DNA of 64,000 bases from an uncultured Verrucomicrobiae bacterium (GCA_963834385.1 CAWIBO010000002.1:1-64000), one strand, 5' to 3'; shown: positions 30,441 through 41,185, counted from the stretch's first letter. Program-made: numbers and translations. The notes: generated from the letters alone by a model not told the origin.

Positions 30441-31832
30441 GTCTGGGACTGCAGGCCGCTGATGATGCTGATGAGCGGCATGAAGAGGGCAATCACGATG
30501 ACGCCGACGATCAAGAGCCAGGAAAACGATCATGATCGGCTCAAGCATGGAGGTGAGGCCGGAGACGGCGTTGTCCACTTCGTCGTCGTAGACGTCGGCG
30601 ATCTTGAGGAGCATTTCGGGGAGCTGGCCGGTTTCTTCGCCGACGTCGACCATGCTGATGACCATGGGCGGGAAGACGGTGCTGGCCTCGAGCGGGTGCG
30701 ACGATGATTCCCCTTCCTTGACCGCGTCGTGCACCTTGTCGATGGCGTCGGCGATGACGACGTTGCCGGCGGTTTCGCGGGTGATGTTGAGCGCCTGCAG
30801 GATGGGCACACCGCGAGGTGACCAAGGGTGCCGAGGGTGCGGGTGAAGCGGGAGATGGCGCTTTTGCGCTGGAAGTCGCCGAAGAGCGGCAGCGCAGCTT
30901 GACCTGGTCGATCAGGGCGCGGCCGCGGCCGCTGCGAGGCTTGAAGAAGCCGGTAGGCGACCACCAGGACAACGCCGACGCCGAGGAGAATCAGGCCATG
31001 ATGCCTTGAAAAGGTCGGCTGAAACCGATGACGAAGCGCGTGATGGCCGGGAGCGGGCGATCGCCCGAGCATGTCCTCGAAGATCTTCTCGAACTTCGGA
31101 ACGATGAAGATCAGGAGGAAGACGATGATGGCCGACGGCGATGACCATGACGATGATCGGGATACACCATCGCCGAGACGATCTTGTTCTTGAGCTTCTG
31201 CGCCTTTTCCTGGTACTCGGCCAGACGGTTGAGGACGACTTCGAGCACCCCGCCGAGCTTCGCCGGCCTTGACCATGTTGACGTAGAGCTTGTTGAAGAT
31301 CGCGGGATGCTGCGCGAAGGCTCTTCGGAGAAGGTGCTGCCGGTCTGCACGGAGTCGGCCAGCGTGTTGATGGTGCGTCTTCAGCACCGGATTCGGCTCC
31401 TGTTTGGCCAGCACGGTCAGACCCGCGCAGCAGCGGCAGGCCGGAGTCAATCAGGGTGGCCAGCTGCCGGGTGAAAATCATGAGGGTCTTGCCTGCGACT
31501 TTCGCGGCCCGAGCCTTTCCACCGATGCTGGCCTTGCCTTTGCAACGCAGCGGCTGCGCGCTTTCTTGACGGCGGACATGTCACCTTTGCCCTCCTCGAC
31601 GAGCCTGGTCGGGGTAGAGCTGGCCGCGGCGCAGCTGCCGATCGCGTCGGCCTCGTTCGGGGCGTCGATCACTCCGGCGGTTTCCTGGCCTTCTGGTCAA
31701 GGGCGGTGTAATGAAACTTCGGCATGGCGGAGTTGGGTCCGATGGCCATCGTTGGCCGAGACACGGCCTCGATCAGAAGACAGATTACCTGGCCGCGTGC
31801 ATCGAGGGCTGTCATACTGTAAAACGGGCCAT
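30437..31832 (-). pseudogene. pilC: PilC/GspF platform protein with many frameshifts (probably a consensus artefact)
   Basis: Fragments in different frames: FTRQLATLIDSGLPLL, FNKLYVNMVKAGE, ISRFTRTLGTL, MVDVGEETGQLPEML, LTSMLEP. Confidence 0.8.
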
Positions 31833-31877
31833 GGTGAAAATTCGGGGACGCTAGAAGTCTTGCAGACTGGCCGGTTC

Positions 31878-33581
31878 CTAGGTGTATTTCAGGACTTCCT
31901 CGATGGTGGTGTCGCCGTCGAAGATATTGCGCAGGCCGTCCTCGCGCAGGGTGACCATGCCGAGTTCGATGGCCTTTTGCCTTGAGGACCACGGTGGGGG
32001 CGCGTTCGGTGATCAGTTCGCGAAGCGGATCGGTGATGTCGCAGCAGTTCGTAGATGCCCTTGCGGCCCTTGTAGCCGGTCTGCGCCGCAGGCGTCGCAG
32101 CCGCCGCCGGTGAAGAAATGCTTGTCGCCGATGTCGCGCTGGGAGAAGCCGAGCTGGTTGAGCACGGTCGGGCTCGGGCTCGTAAGGCCGCACGGCACTC
32201 CTTGCAGATGGTGCGGAGCAGGCGCTGGGCGAGCACGCCCTCCAGGGTGGCGGAGACGAGGAAGGGCTCGACGCCCATGTCGATCAGACGGGTGACGGCG
32301 CCCGGCGGCGTCGTTGGTGTGCAGGGTGGTGAAGCACCAAGTGGCCGGTGAGGGAGGCCTGGATGGCGATCTGCGCGGTTTCCATGTCGCGCATTTCGCC
32401 GACCATGATGCGGTCCGGATCCTGACGCAGGAAGGCGCGGAGGACGCGGGCGAAGGTCAGGCCGATCGCTTCGTTGATCGGGACCTGCATGATGCCGTCG
32501 ATGTCGTATTCCACCGGGTCCTCGGCGGTGAGCAGCTTGGCGTCGATGGTGTTGATCTTGCGCAGGCGGCGTAGAGCGTGGTGGTCTTGCCCGCGCCGGT
32601 CGGGCCGGTGACGATGAAGATGCCGTTGGGCTTGCTGGATCGTCTCGTGGATGTACTCGTAGATGTAATCGGGCGTCAGCCCAGATTCTCGAGGTCGAGG
32701 TTGACGGAGGAGCGGTCGAGCACGCGGAGCACGACGCTTTCGCCGATACTGGGTCGGCAGGGTGGAGACGCGCATGTCGACCGGGCGCCCGTCGATCATT
32801 CGTTCATGATGCGGCCGTCCTGCGGGCAGGCGGCGCTCGGCGATGTTCATGTTCGCCATGACCTTGACGCGGGAGATGACCGGGAGTCGCGAGGTGACCG
32901 GCGGCGGCGCCATTTCGTAAAGCGCGCCGTCCACGCGGTAGCGGATCTTGAACTCGTTCTCGAAGGGCTCGAAGTGAATGTCGCTCGCGCGGCTCCTTGA
33001 TGGCCTGGTAGAGCACCAGGTCGACGAAACGGATGATGGGCGCGCAGTTGGCCTCGGCCTCGAGCTGGCGGCGCTGGTATCGTCGCCGCGCAGGGTCATG
33101 AGCTCGCCGGCTTCGCCGAGCTGCTTCAGGATATCCTCCATGCTGGAGCTCTCGCTGCCGTAGTGCTCGTTGATCAGCTCCTCCACCTGACCGGTGGGCG
33201 AAACGACCACGTGGATCTCCTTGCCGAGGGCGAAGCGAAGATCCTCGGTCGCGCGCAGGTTGAGCGGATCGACCAGCGACACCGTCAGGGTGTTCTCATT
33301 CAGGCCCAGGGGAAGGGCGCCGTGGAGGCGGGCCAGCCCGGCCGGAATGAGCGCGCAGCACTTCCGGCGGGCTGACGTGATGGTCCAGGTCGATGAATTC
33401 GGCGCCGAGGTCATCGGCGATGACGCGGCCAGAAATCGTGCTCGGTGACGAAGCCGTCCTCGACGAGAGTCTGGGCCACGGTCTTGCCATTGACGTTGGC
33501 CTCCTCGAGGACGTCATCCGCCTGGCCGGGCTGCAAGACCTGCTGCTCCACGAAAAGATCGGCGACCTGCTTGTTGTTCAT
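31878..33581 (-). pseudogene. PilB/GspE assembly ATPase, copy 1, many frameshifts
   Basis: [52 protein letters not shown] in shifting frames. Confidence 0.85.
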
Positions 33582-33596
33582 CGTCGGAAAAACCGC

Positions 33597-35298
33597 CTAA
33601 CCGTCATCGCCCATGGTGACCGCGATGACTTCCTCGGCGGAGGTCATGCCGGCGAGCACCTTGCGGATGCCGTCTTCGCGCAGGGTGCGCATGCCGAGTT
33701 CGCGGGCGCGTTGCCGCAGGACGAGGGTGGAAGCTGCTTGTTGATCATGTGGCGCACTTCGTCGTCGACGTCGAAGATCTCGAAGATGCCGAGACGGCCG
33801 TTGTAGCCGTTGCCCCGGCACTTCTCGCAACCGATCGGGCGCATGACCGTGGCCCCGGTGAGCTGGGAGGCATCCAGATTCAGCGCCCGCAGTTCCTCCT
33901 CGGAAAGCTCGGCCGGCTCTTGCAGTCGGCACAGAGCCGGCGGACGAGGCGCTGGGCCATGATGGCGCGCACGGCGGAGGCGATGAGGAACGGCTTCATG
34001 CCGATGTCGACCAGACGCGCCACGGCGGAGGGGGCGTCGTTGGTGTGCAGGGTGCTGAAAACCAAGGTGACCGGTGAGGGAGGCGTTGATGGCGATGTTG
34101 GCCGTCTCCAGGTCGCGAATTTCACCGATCATGATGATGTTCGGCGCCTGGCGGAGCATGGAGCGCAGCGCGGCGGCGAAGGTCATGCCGATGTCGTCCT
34201 TCACCATCACCTGGTTGATCCCGCTCATCTGGTATTCGACCGGGTCTTCCACGGTGATGATCTTGCGGTCGGGCTTGTTGATGAATTCAGGCAGGCGTAG
34301 AGCGTGGTGGTCTTGCCCGAGCCGGTCGGGCCGGTCACGAGGATGATGCCGTCGGGCAGGCTGAGGAGGTGCTCGAAGGTTTCCTGGTCGTCGCTGAAGA
34401 AGCCGAGCTCGGGCAGGCCGAGGAGCAGGCTCGATTTGTCGAGAATACGCATGACCACGCTTTCGCCGTGGTTGGTCGGAATGGTGGAGACGCGGAGATC
34501 GATCGCCTTGTTCCCGATCTTGACCTGGATGCGGCCGTCCTGCGGCAGGCGTTTCTCCGCGATGCTCATGGAGCCGGTCATGATCTTGAGGCGGGAGATG
34601 ATGGCAGACTGGAGCCGGCGGGGGGGCGCCTGCATTTCCTGGAGAACGCCATCGATGCGGAAGCGCACGCGAAACTTCGTCTCGAGCGGCTCGAGATGGA
34701 TGTCACTGGCGCCGGCCCGGTGCGCCTCGATCAGGAGCATGGAGACCATCTGGATGATGGGAGCGTCGGCCTCGTCGCCTTCCAGCGCCCCGGCGTTGTC
34801 GGTCAGCTCAAGGTCGAGGGCCGGTTCGCCGCCAAGTTGCTCGAGGAGGGCATCGGAGGCGTCGTCCGCCGACCCGTAATATTTGATCAGGGCCTCGCGG
34901 ATCTGGGCCGGGCTGGTGCAGACGAGCTCGAGTTCGCGCTGCAAAAGAAAGCCAAGGCTGTCGATGGTGTCGATGTCCAGGGGATCGCCCACGGCAACGA
35001 CCAGGCCGGAATCGCCCAGTCCCACCGGGATGACTTTGAAGCGGCGGGCGTGCGCGGGCCGGATCTGCTGGATGATCTCGGGCGGAATGACCCGGGTGGA
35101 GAGGTCGATCCAATCCATGTGCGCCTGTGCGGCGATGGTGCGGGAAACATCGGTTTCCGAGATGACGCCCTCCCGCACGAGCACCTCGACCGCGTTGGAG
35201 GAGCCGTTGCGCCGGGCTCGCGCGCCCGCGACCTGCTTGCCGGTAACGAGTCCCGCGTCCTGCAGCAACTCGAGCACGTAATCGTCGTTTCGGTGCAC
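33597..35298 (-). pseudogene. PilB/GspE assembly ATPase, copy 2, frameshifted in its 3' part
   Basis: [51 protein letters not shown]. Confidence 0.87.
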
Positions 35299-35307
35299 CG
35301 GGAGGAA

Positions 35308-37164
35308 TTATTCTACCGTGACGCTTTTCGCGAGATTGCGCGGCTTGTCCACATCGCGCCCGAGGGCGACCGAGAGATGGTAGGCAAGCAGTTGCAGGGG
35401 AATCACGGAAAGAATGGGGGTGACGACATCGTGGGCGACGGGGAGAACGATGATGTCGTTGGCGATTCCGTGCAGGCGGTCGGCTGAGGTCTCAGAGGTG
35501 ACTACGATGAGCGGGCCCTTGCGCGCCTTGACCTGCTCGATGTTGTTCAGGTTCTTGGAAAAAACGGCGTCATCCGGCGCGATGAAGAGACTGGGCAGGT
35601 CGGGGCGAACGAGGGCGATGATGCCGTGCTTCAGTTCGGCGCTGGGATGGCCCTCGGCGAAAAGATAGGTGATCTCCTTGAGTTTGAGGGCGCCCTCGAG
35701 AGCAATCGGATAGTTGAGCTGCCGGCCGAAGAAGAGCAGGCCGTTGGCCGAGACATATTTGCGGGCGATCTCCCGGATATGATCGCTCAGCTTCAGCACC
35801 TCCTCGATTTGCTCCGGCAGATGCTCGAGCGCCTCGATGATCCGGCTGCCCTCGGCGGTGGAAAGATGCCGCATGCGGCCAAGCAGCAGGCCGATCAGCG
35901 TCATGATCACGACCTGGGAAGTGAAAGACTTGGTGGCGGCGACGCCGATCTCGGGCCCGGCGTGCATGTAGACGCCGCCGTCGCTTTCGCGCGCGATGGT
36001 GCTGGCGACGTTGTTGCAGATGCCGAGGGTGCGAAAGCCCTTGCGCCGGCTTTCCCGCAGCGCGCCCAGGGTATCGGCCGTCTCGCCGCTCTGGCTGATG
36101 GCGAAGACCAGGGTGTCGCGGTCCATGGGCGAATTGCGATGGCGGAACTCGCTCGCGAATTCCACCTCGGTCGGGATGCCGGCCAGGTGTTCGATGATGT
36201 ATTCGCCCACCATGGCGGCGTGCAGCGCCGTCCCGCAGCCGGTGAGGACAATGCGGCTGACGTCGCGGAGCTCAGCCGTGCTCATGTTGAGGCCGCCCAG
36301 CTTGGCGGAGCATTCTTCCGGGCTGAGCCGGCCGCGCATGGCGTCCCGGACGGAATTGGGCTGCTCGAAGATTTCCTTGAGCATGTAATGCGGGTAATCG
36401 CCCTTTTTGATCTCCTCCGAGGTGAATTCGACCTTGGAAACTTCGTGCGGCCCCGCTTCGCCGGCCAGGCTCTGGATCTCGAAGCGGTCGCGTTCCACCA
36501 CCGCGATGTCGAAGTCATTCAGGTAAACGGCATCGCGGGTGTAGGCCACGATTGCGCTGACGTCGCTGGCGAGAAAGTTTTCGTCCTTGCCCACGCCGAG
36601 CACGAGCGGGGAGCCGCGCCGGGCGCCAATCATGAAATCGGGGATGTCGCTGTGCAGGAGGGCGATGCCATAGGTGCCGATGACCTGCTTGAGCGCGGCC
36701 CGGGTGGCATTCACCAGGCGGGCCTTCGACTCCGTCCCTTCCATCTTGTCGTAGATGCTGCCGATGAGGTGGGCCAGCACCTCCGTGTCCGTCTCCGAGA
36801 CAAAGGAATGCCCGCCTTCGCGTTCCAGTTCCGACTTGAGGGCGGCGTAGTTCTCGATGACGCCGTTATGCACCAGGGCGAGGCGCCCGCTCTGGTCGAA
36901 ATGCGGATGGGCGTTGTCGTCCGTGACCTTGCCGTGGGTGGCCCAGCGGGTATGGCTGATGCCGTAGTGGCCGGTGACCGGTTTCTCGGAGATCAACCGG
37001 GCCAGGTTGGCGATGCGGCCCGTCCGTTTCCGTGTTTCCACGCCGCCGCCGTTGACGATGGCGACGCCGGCGGAGTCGTAGCCGCGATATTCGAGGCGAC
37101 GGAGCCCGTCGAGGAGAATGGGGGCGGCTTCGGCCCGGCCCACGTAACCTACGATTCCGCACAT
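35308..37164 (-). CDS. glmS: Glutamine--fructose-6-phosphate aminotransferase
   Basis: MCGIVGY start, LEYRGYDSAG, HTRWATHG, SQSGETADT, DKPRNLAKSVTVE. Confidence 0.98.
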   Translation of the reverse strand: MCGIVGYVGRAEAAPILLDGLRRLEYRGYDSAGVAIVNGGGVETRKRTGRIANLARLISEKPVTGHYGISHTRWATHGKVTDDNAHPHFDQSGRLALVHNGVIENYAALKSELEREGGHSFVSETDTEVLAHLIGSIYDKMEGTESKARLVNATRAALKQVIGTYGIALLHSDIPDFMIGARRGSPLVLGVGKDENFLASDVSAIVAYTRDAVYLNDFDIAVVERDRFEIQSLAGEAGPHEVSKVEFTSEEIKKGDYPHYMLKEIFEQPNSVRDAMRGRLSPEECSAKLGGLNMSTAELRDVSRIVLTGCGTALHAAMVGEYIIEHLAGIPTEVEFASEFRHRNSPMDRDTLVFAISQSGETADTLGALRESRRKGFRTLGICNNVASTIARESDGGVYMHAGPEIGVAATKSFTSQVVIMTLIGLLLGRMRHLSTAEGSRIIEALEHLPEQIEEVLKLSDHIREIARKYVSANGLLFFGRQLNYPIALEGALKLKEITYLFAEGHPSAELKHGIIALVRPDLPSLFIAPDDAVFSKNLNNIEQVKARKGPLIVVTSETSADRLHGIANDIIVLPVAHDVVTPILSVIPLQLLAYHLSVALGRDVDKPRNLAKSVTVE

Positions 37165-37285
37165 GCCCGGAGCGTAACGCAACGCCCACGGGGTGACAAC
37201 AGTGGCGCCGACCTGACAAGACCGAAGTTCGTGCCACAATGGAGGGCACGGCCCGCGACCCGGGCCGCCGCGATTACTGGAACAA

Positions 37286-38584
37286 ATGCCCGCCAACGAC
37301 CTGCCGCCCGGCACCATGGAACGCACCCTTTCCATTATCATGGGGGGCGGCGCCGGGACCCGCCTCTTTCCCCTGACCAAGGATCGGGCGAAGCCGGCTG
37401 TGCCGCTCGGCGGCAAATACCGGCTGGTGGACATCCCGATCAGCAACTGCCTGAACTCCGGACTGCGCCGGATTTATGTGCTGACGCAGTTCAACACGAT
37501 GTCGCTGCACCGGCACATCCAGTCGAGTTACAAGTTCGACAACTTCACCCGCAGCTTTGTCGACATCCTGGCGGCGCAGCAGACGCCGGAGCATTCCGCC
37601 TGGTATCAGGGCACGGCCGACGCCGTGCGCCAGAACATGCGTTATTTCCTGGAGAAGCCCTACGACCATTTCCTCATCCTGAGCGGCGACCAGCTTTACC
37701 GGATGGATTTCCGGACCCTGCTCCAGCAGCACATCGCCTCGGGGGCCGATATCACGCTGGCGACCAAGCCGGTGACCCGGGCGCAGGCGGGGGACTTCGG
37801 GATCATGGAAAGCGGGGCCGATCGCCGGATCACGCGTTTTGTGGAGAAGCCGAAGGAGAAGGAAGTGCTCGACGGCATCCGGATGAATGCCGAGCTCCTG
37901 CAGGCGACGGGTTCAGGGGCCGATGAGGAACTTTTCCAGGCTTCGATGGGCATTTATGTCTTCAACCGGCAGGTGCTGGTGGACTGCCTCGACAACGACC
38001 TGGCCGACTTTGGGAAACACATCATTCCGCAGTCGATCAAGGACCGGCATGTGAGCGCCTTCATTTTCAAGGGTTACTGGGAGGACATCGGAACCATCCG
38101 GGCCTTTTATGAGGCGAACCTGGACCTGACCAATCTGGTGCCCTCTTACAGTTTCTTCGAGGCGGCCTCGCCGATCTACACCCACCCCCGGTTTCTTCCG
38201 GGGAGCAAAATCAACGGCGCCACCCTGCGCCAGGCGATCGTTTCCGACGGCTGCATCATCTCCGACGCGCACCTGGAGCGGAGTGTGGTGGGCATCCGCA
38301 GCATTATCCGGCCCGGGGCCACGATCCGGAACAGCATCGTCATGGGGGCCGACTATTTCGAAAGCGATGCGATGCCGGTGCAGGCGGATGTTCCGCCGAT
38401 GGGAATCGGCAAGAATTGCGTCATTGAAGGGGCGATCATCGACAAGAACGCCCGGATTGGCGATGGGGTGGTGATCACGCCGGAAGGAAAACCGGCGGAT
38501 CACGACGGCGACAATTTCTACACGCGGGACGGCGTGGTGGTGGTGCCGAAGAACGCGGTGATCCCGCACGGCGCCTGGATCTAG
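37286..38584 (+). CDS. glgC: Glucose-1-phosphate adenylyltransferase
   Basis: GGGAGTRLFPLTKDRAKPAVPLGGKYRLVDIP, WYQGTADAV, FVEKP, YWEDIGT. Confidence 0.97.
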   Translation: MPANDLPPGTMERTLSIIMGGGAGTRLFPLTKDRAKPAVPLGGKYRLVDIPISNCLNSGLRRIYVLTQFNTMSLHRHIQSSYKFDNFTRSFVDILAAQQTPEHSAWYQGTADAVRQNMRYFLEKPYDHFLILSGDQLYRMDFRTLLQQHIASGADITLATKPVTRAQAGDFGIMESGADRRITRFVEKPKEKEVLDGIRMNAELLQATGSGADEELFQASMGIYVFNRQVLVDCLDNDLADFGKHIIPQSIKDRHVSAFIFKGYWEDIGTIRAFYEANLDLTNLVPSYSFFEAASPIYTHPRFLPGSKINGATLRQAIVSDGCIISDAHLERSVVGIRSIIRPGATIRNSIVMGADYFESDAMPVQADVPPMGIGKNCVIEGAIIDKNARIGDGVVITPEGKPADHDGDNFYTRDGVVVVPKNAVIPHGAWI

Positions 38585-38629
38585 GCGCGGGCGCTTCCCG
38601 GTCTTCGGGGGGTGGTGGGAGGCGGCCGG

Positions 38630-38860
38630 CTAGGGGCCGTCGCTCGAGCCGCGCATGCCGGCGGGCATGTTGGCGCCGACTTCCCAGTCCTGTTGTTCAT
38701 TCCAGGGGATGGAGGATTCCCGCCGGGCATTGGGATCGTCGACAATGGCGGCAGTCTCCTGCTTCGTGGCACAGGAAGAGGCCAGGAAAGAGGCGACGAG
38801 AAGAAGCAGAAGGGCGGTGGACCGCGTGAAGTTAAGGATTGTTTCCCGCATAAACGACAT
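38630..38860 (-). CDS. Small putative lipoprotein
   Basis: LLLLLVASFLASSC lipobox-like; RESSIPWNEQQDWE core; start at 38860 or 38851. Confidence 0.6.
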   Translation of the reverse strand: MSFMRETILNFTRSTALLLLLVASFLASSCATKQETAAIVDDPNARRESSIPWNEQQDWEVGANMPAGMRGSSDGP

Positions 38861-39620
38861 TGTCTCCAGGTTGCACCTGAACCCCTCGGGACAGGCTGCT
38901 GGCAACGATATCGCCGATGGCGGTGGCCGGTTCAACTGAAGAAACGCGGATTTTGGCGATGAGACTGGCGCCGCGCAGGACCAGCATCTCCGAGGCGCGC
39001 TCGATGCCCTGGCGGGCGCCGAGATTGAGGACGACGAAGTTGTAGGCCTCGTTCACGGCGAGGACCGTGCCGCGCAGACCAGGCCGGCTCGCGGCGAGCT
39101 GGCGCTGTTTTTGTTCCTGCTCAATCTGCTCGGAGCGCTCCTGCACGGTGCGCAATTGCTCGGAAAGAAGGTTTCTTTCCCGTTCCGCGCCTTCCAGTTG
39201 CCGGCGGGTTTCCTCGAGTTGCGATTGCAACTCGGCCGCGGAGAGCCCGGGCACGCCGTCCGGGCCGGCCACGGGGGCGGCTTCGTCGAGCCGGCGGCGC
39301 AATTCCGCAATTTCGGTGTCGTTCGCCTGCAGCCGGGACTGGAGATCGGCCCGTTCGGTCTGCGTCTTGATCAGTTCGGCCTCGGCGTTGGCAATGCGGG
39401 ACTCCGATTCCTCGAACTTGACGTTGGCGGCGGCGATGACGGCCTCCTTTTCCTTGAGCGCGTCCTGCTGCTGCTTGTTCTGGCGCTCGGAAGCGTCGCG
39501 GGCGGCGAGGGCGTTCGCCTGTTCCGTGCGCAGGGTCTGCATGCGGCTGTTATTTAGCACGCCGAAAACCGCGGAGAGGGTGAGAAACAGCAGCGAGGCG
39601 CCGATGAGAATGCGAGGCAT
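38832..39620 (-). CDS. Membrane-anchored coiled-coil protein with C-terminal small beta domain
   Basis: N-terminal TM helix, long Glu/Gln heptad region, GTVLAVN...FVVLNLGARQG...VQPGD. Confidence 0.7.
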   Translation of the reverse strand: MPRILIGASLLFLTLSAVFGVLNNSRMQTLRTEQANALAARDASERQNKQQQDALKEKEAVIAAANVKFEESESRIANAEAELIKTQTERADLQSRLQANDTEIAELRRRLDEAAPVAGPDGVPGLSAAELQSQLEETRRQLEGAERERNLLSEQLRTVQERSEQIEQEQKQRQLAASRPGLRGTVLAVNEAYNFVVLNLGARQGIERASEMLVLRGASLIAKIRVSSVEPATAIGDIVASSLSRGVQVQPGDNVVYAGNNP

Positions 39621-39747
39621 GAGAGGGGGGAAACGGCAGTTTGTAACGCGGAACGGGCGCGCCTGGCAAACAGTTTTGGACGCCCGGGCGCGAATTTCTC
39701 TGTTTTTATTTGTCCACCGGCCTTTCCGCGCCTATAGGAACCGCGCC

Positions 39748-39885
39748 ATGGGTCAGCAACACCGAGTCCAGACCAAGCGCCGGCGCCGCAAGGCTTACCT
39801 GCAACGCAAGAAAGCCACGGCCAAGGAGCCTCGCCGCGAGGCGCCCAAGGCGCGTGGCAAAAAACAGGCGGCCGCGGCCAAGTAG
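39748..39885 (+). CDS. Small very basic protein, 45 aa (only the tail of a longer ORF-track call)
   Basis: MGQQHRVQTKRRRRKAYLQRKKATAKEPRREAPKARGKKQAAAAK; AGGA upstream; fills the intergenic gap. Confidence 0.7.
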   Translation: MGQQHRVQTKRRRRKAYLQRKKATAKEPRREAPKARGKKQAAAAK

Positions 39886-39905
39886 GCTGGCGCCAGGGCG
39901 GCGCA

Positions 39906-40310
39906 GTGTCCCCGCAATATCTCATCGTCGACGGCCACAGCGTCATTTTTGCCTGGCCGGAGTTAAAGGCCCTGCATCTGCGGCGCAACTCGCTCGCGCG
40001 CGACGCCCTTATCCGGACCCTGCGCGATTACCAGGACTGGACCGACATCAGGGTGGTGGTCGTTTTCGACGGCCAGGGCGGGAAGATCGAGCAGGTCACC
40101 CTGCCGGGTGAAATCCAGGTGTTTTATTCCCAGGCGGGGCAGACGGCCGATTCGGTCATTGAACGGCTCACCGGCAAGTACGCCCCGCAGTTCCGGCTGA
40201 CCGTGGCGACGGATGACCGGGCGGAACAGGATACGGCGGCCGCGTTCGGCGCCGACCATATTTCCACCCGCATGTTGCGGGCGCTGATTGAGGAAGCCGT
40301 CAGGCGGTAG
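39906..40310 (+). CDS. NYN-domain protein (YacP/Rae1-like ribonuclease)
   Basis: YLIVDGHSVI, VVVFDG, QTADSVIERL, VATDD. Confidence 0.87.
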   Translation: MSPQYLIVDGHSVIFAWPELKALHLRRNSLARDALIRTLRDYQDWTDIRVVVVFDGQGGKIEQVTLPGEIQVFYSQAGQTADSVIERLTGKYAPQFRLTVATDDRAEQDTAAAFGADHISTRMLRALIEEAVRR

Positions 40311-40325
40311 GAGCGCGGCGATGCC

Positions 40326-40772
40326 TCAGGCGGCGCCGAGCAGAGCCGGCCGGTTCTGGCGCGCGGCAGTCTGGCGGGCCCGCTGCTGGGCGGTGGCGAG
40401 CACGCGGGAAAGAACGCAGTAAAGCTGCTCGACCGGAAGATTTTTGCTCACGTAACCGTTGGCACCGGCGCGGAGCGCCTCGTGCATCCGGTTCTCGTCG
40501 TAGCCGACCCCGGTGAAAACGATGATGGGAAGCTGCGGCTGCACCTCGCGGATGAAGGAGATGAGGGCGATCCCGTCGACCTTGGGCATTCTCAGGTCGA
40601 CGATGGCGACTTCGCAATCGTGGAACTCGAGCCAGGAAGCGGTCTGGAACCCCTCGGTGAGCGATTCGCAGGTGTGACCTTTTTGGCGGAGGTAGGTGAC
40701 GAGGAACTTCGCGATGGCGGGGTCGTCGTCGATGATGAGGAAATCTGCGCGGTCGCGGTCGAGGATTTTCAT
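40326..40772 (-). CDS. Single-domain response regulator (REC)
   Basis: IIDDD, IVDLRMPKVDG, FTG, GANGYVSK; start 40772 fits the upstream sigma54 motif (alternative start 40793). Confidence 0.88.
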   Translation of the reverse strand: MKILDRDRADFLIIDDDPAIAKFLVTYLRQKGHTCESLTEGFQTASWLEFHDCEVAIVDLRMPKVDGIALISFIREVQPQLPIIVFTGVGYDENRMHEALRAGANGYVSKNLPVEQLYCVLSRVLATAQQRARQTAARQNRPALLGAA

Positions 40773-40794
40773 GTGGCGTGTTATAATTTCCATA

Positions 40795-40810
40795 AGCAGG
40801 TAGCTTGCCA
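40795..40810 (-). promoter_or_regulatory. Putative sigma54 (-24/-12) promoter
   Basis: Minus strand TGGCAAGCTACCTGCT, GG-N10-GC spacing. Confidence 0.6.
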
Positions 40811-40830
40811 CGCACCCGGGGCTGGTTCCC

Positions 40831-41185
40831 GGAGGGACGCGCTTCCGCGCGTCCGTGGACCTGCGGAAGCAGGTGCCTCCGTCGGGCCCGGGGTCATCCC
40901 CGAGCGTAGCGAGGGACCTCACGGGCGATGTTTGGCGTGGCGAGAGGGGGCGTGAATGGTAAATCGTGAATGGTGAATGGTATATAGAAGCGGGCCTCTT
41001 CGGTGGGGCGACGCTCCGCGGAGCCTGGGAGCACGCGCCGCCCCCCAGTGAAAGCGGGGCGGTAACGAGAATTCGGGCCAAAACGCCCGCCCTCATCTCC
41101 CTCTGCTGATCTCTGTGCCCTCTGCGTCTCTGCGGTGAAACCCCTGGCTGCGCGTGCTCCCAGGCTCGACAGAGTCTCGCCCTAC
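40831..41185. repeat. Mosaic repeat cluster: GGAG doublet, GTCATCCC hairpin, 7-mers, inverted REP-A pair enclosing 9-mers
   Basis: Modules at 40831-40880, 40893-40920, 40952-40980, 41001-41037 (inverted) and 41151-41185. Confidence 0.88.

Noticed and set aside
29877..30809. PilC-pilin fusion protein as shown in the ORF track
   Set aside because: It results from a frameshift near 30510. The pilC stop (30437-30439) and the pilin GTG (30440) are both recognisable.
37165..37285. glmS ribozyme upstream of glmS
   Set aside because: The gap is only about 120 bp and is shared with glgC. I see no ribozyme core, and a -10-like box sits 6 nt from the ATG.
35626..37926. 766 aa plus-strand ORF, and similar long ORFs at 18135..19775, 24724..26334, 43598..45334, 51154..52692 and 59970..61781
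   Set aside because: These are antisense or off-frame shadows of well-supported genes, expected at high GC, and carry no recognisable motifs.
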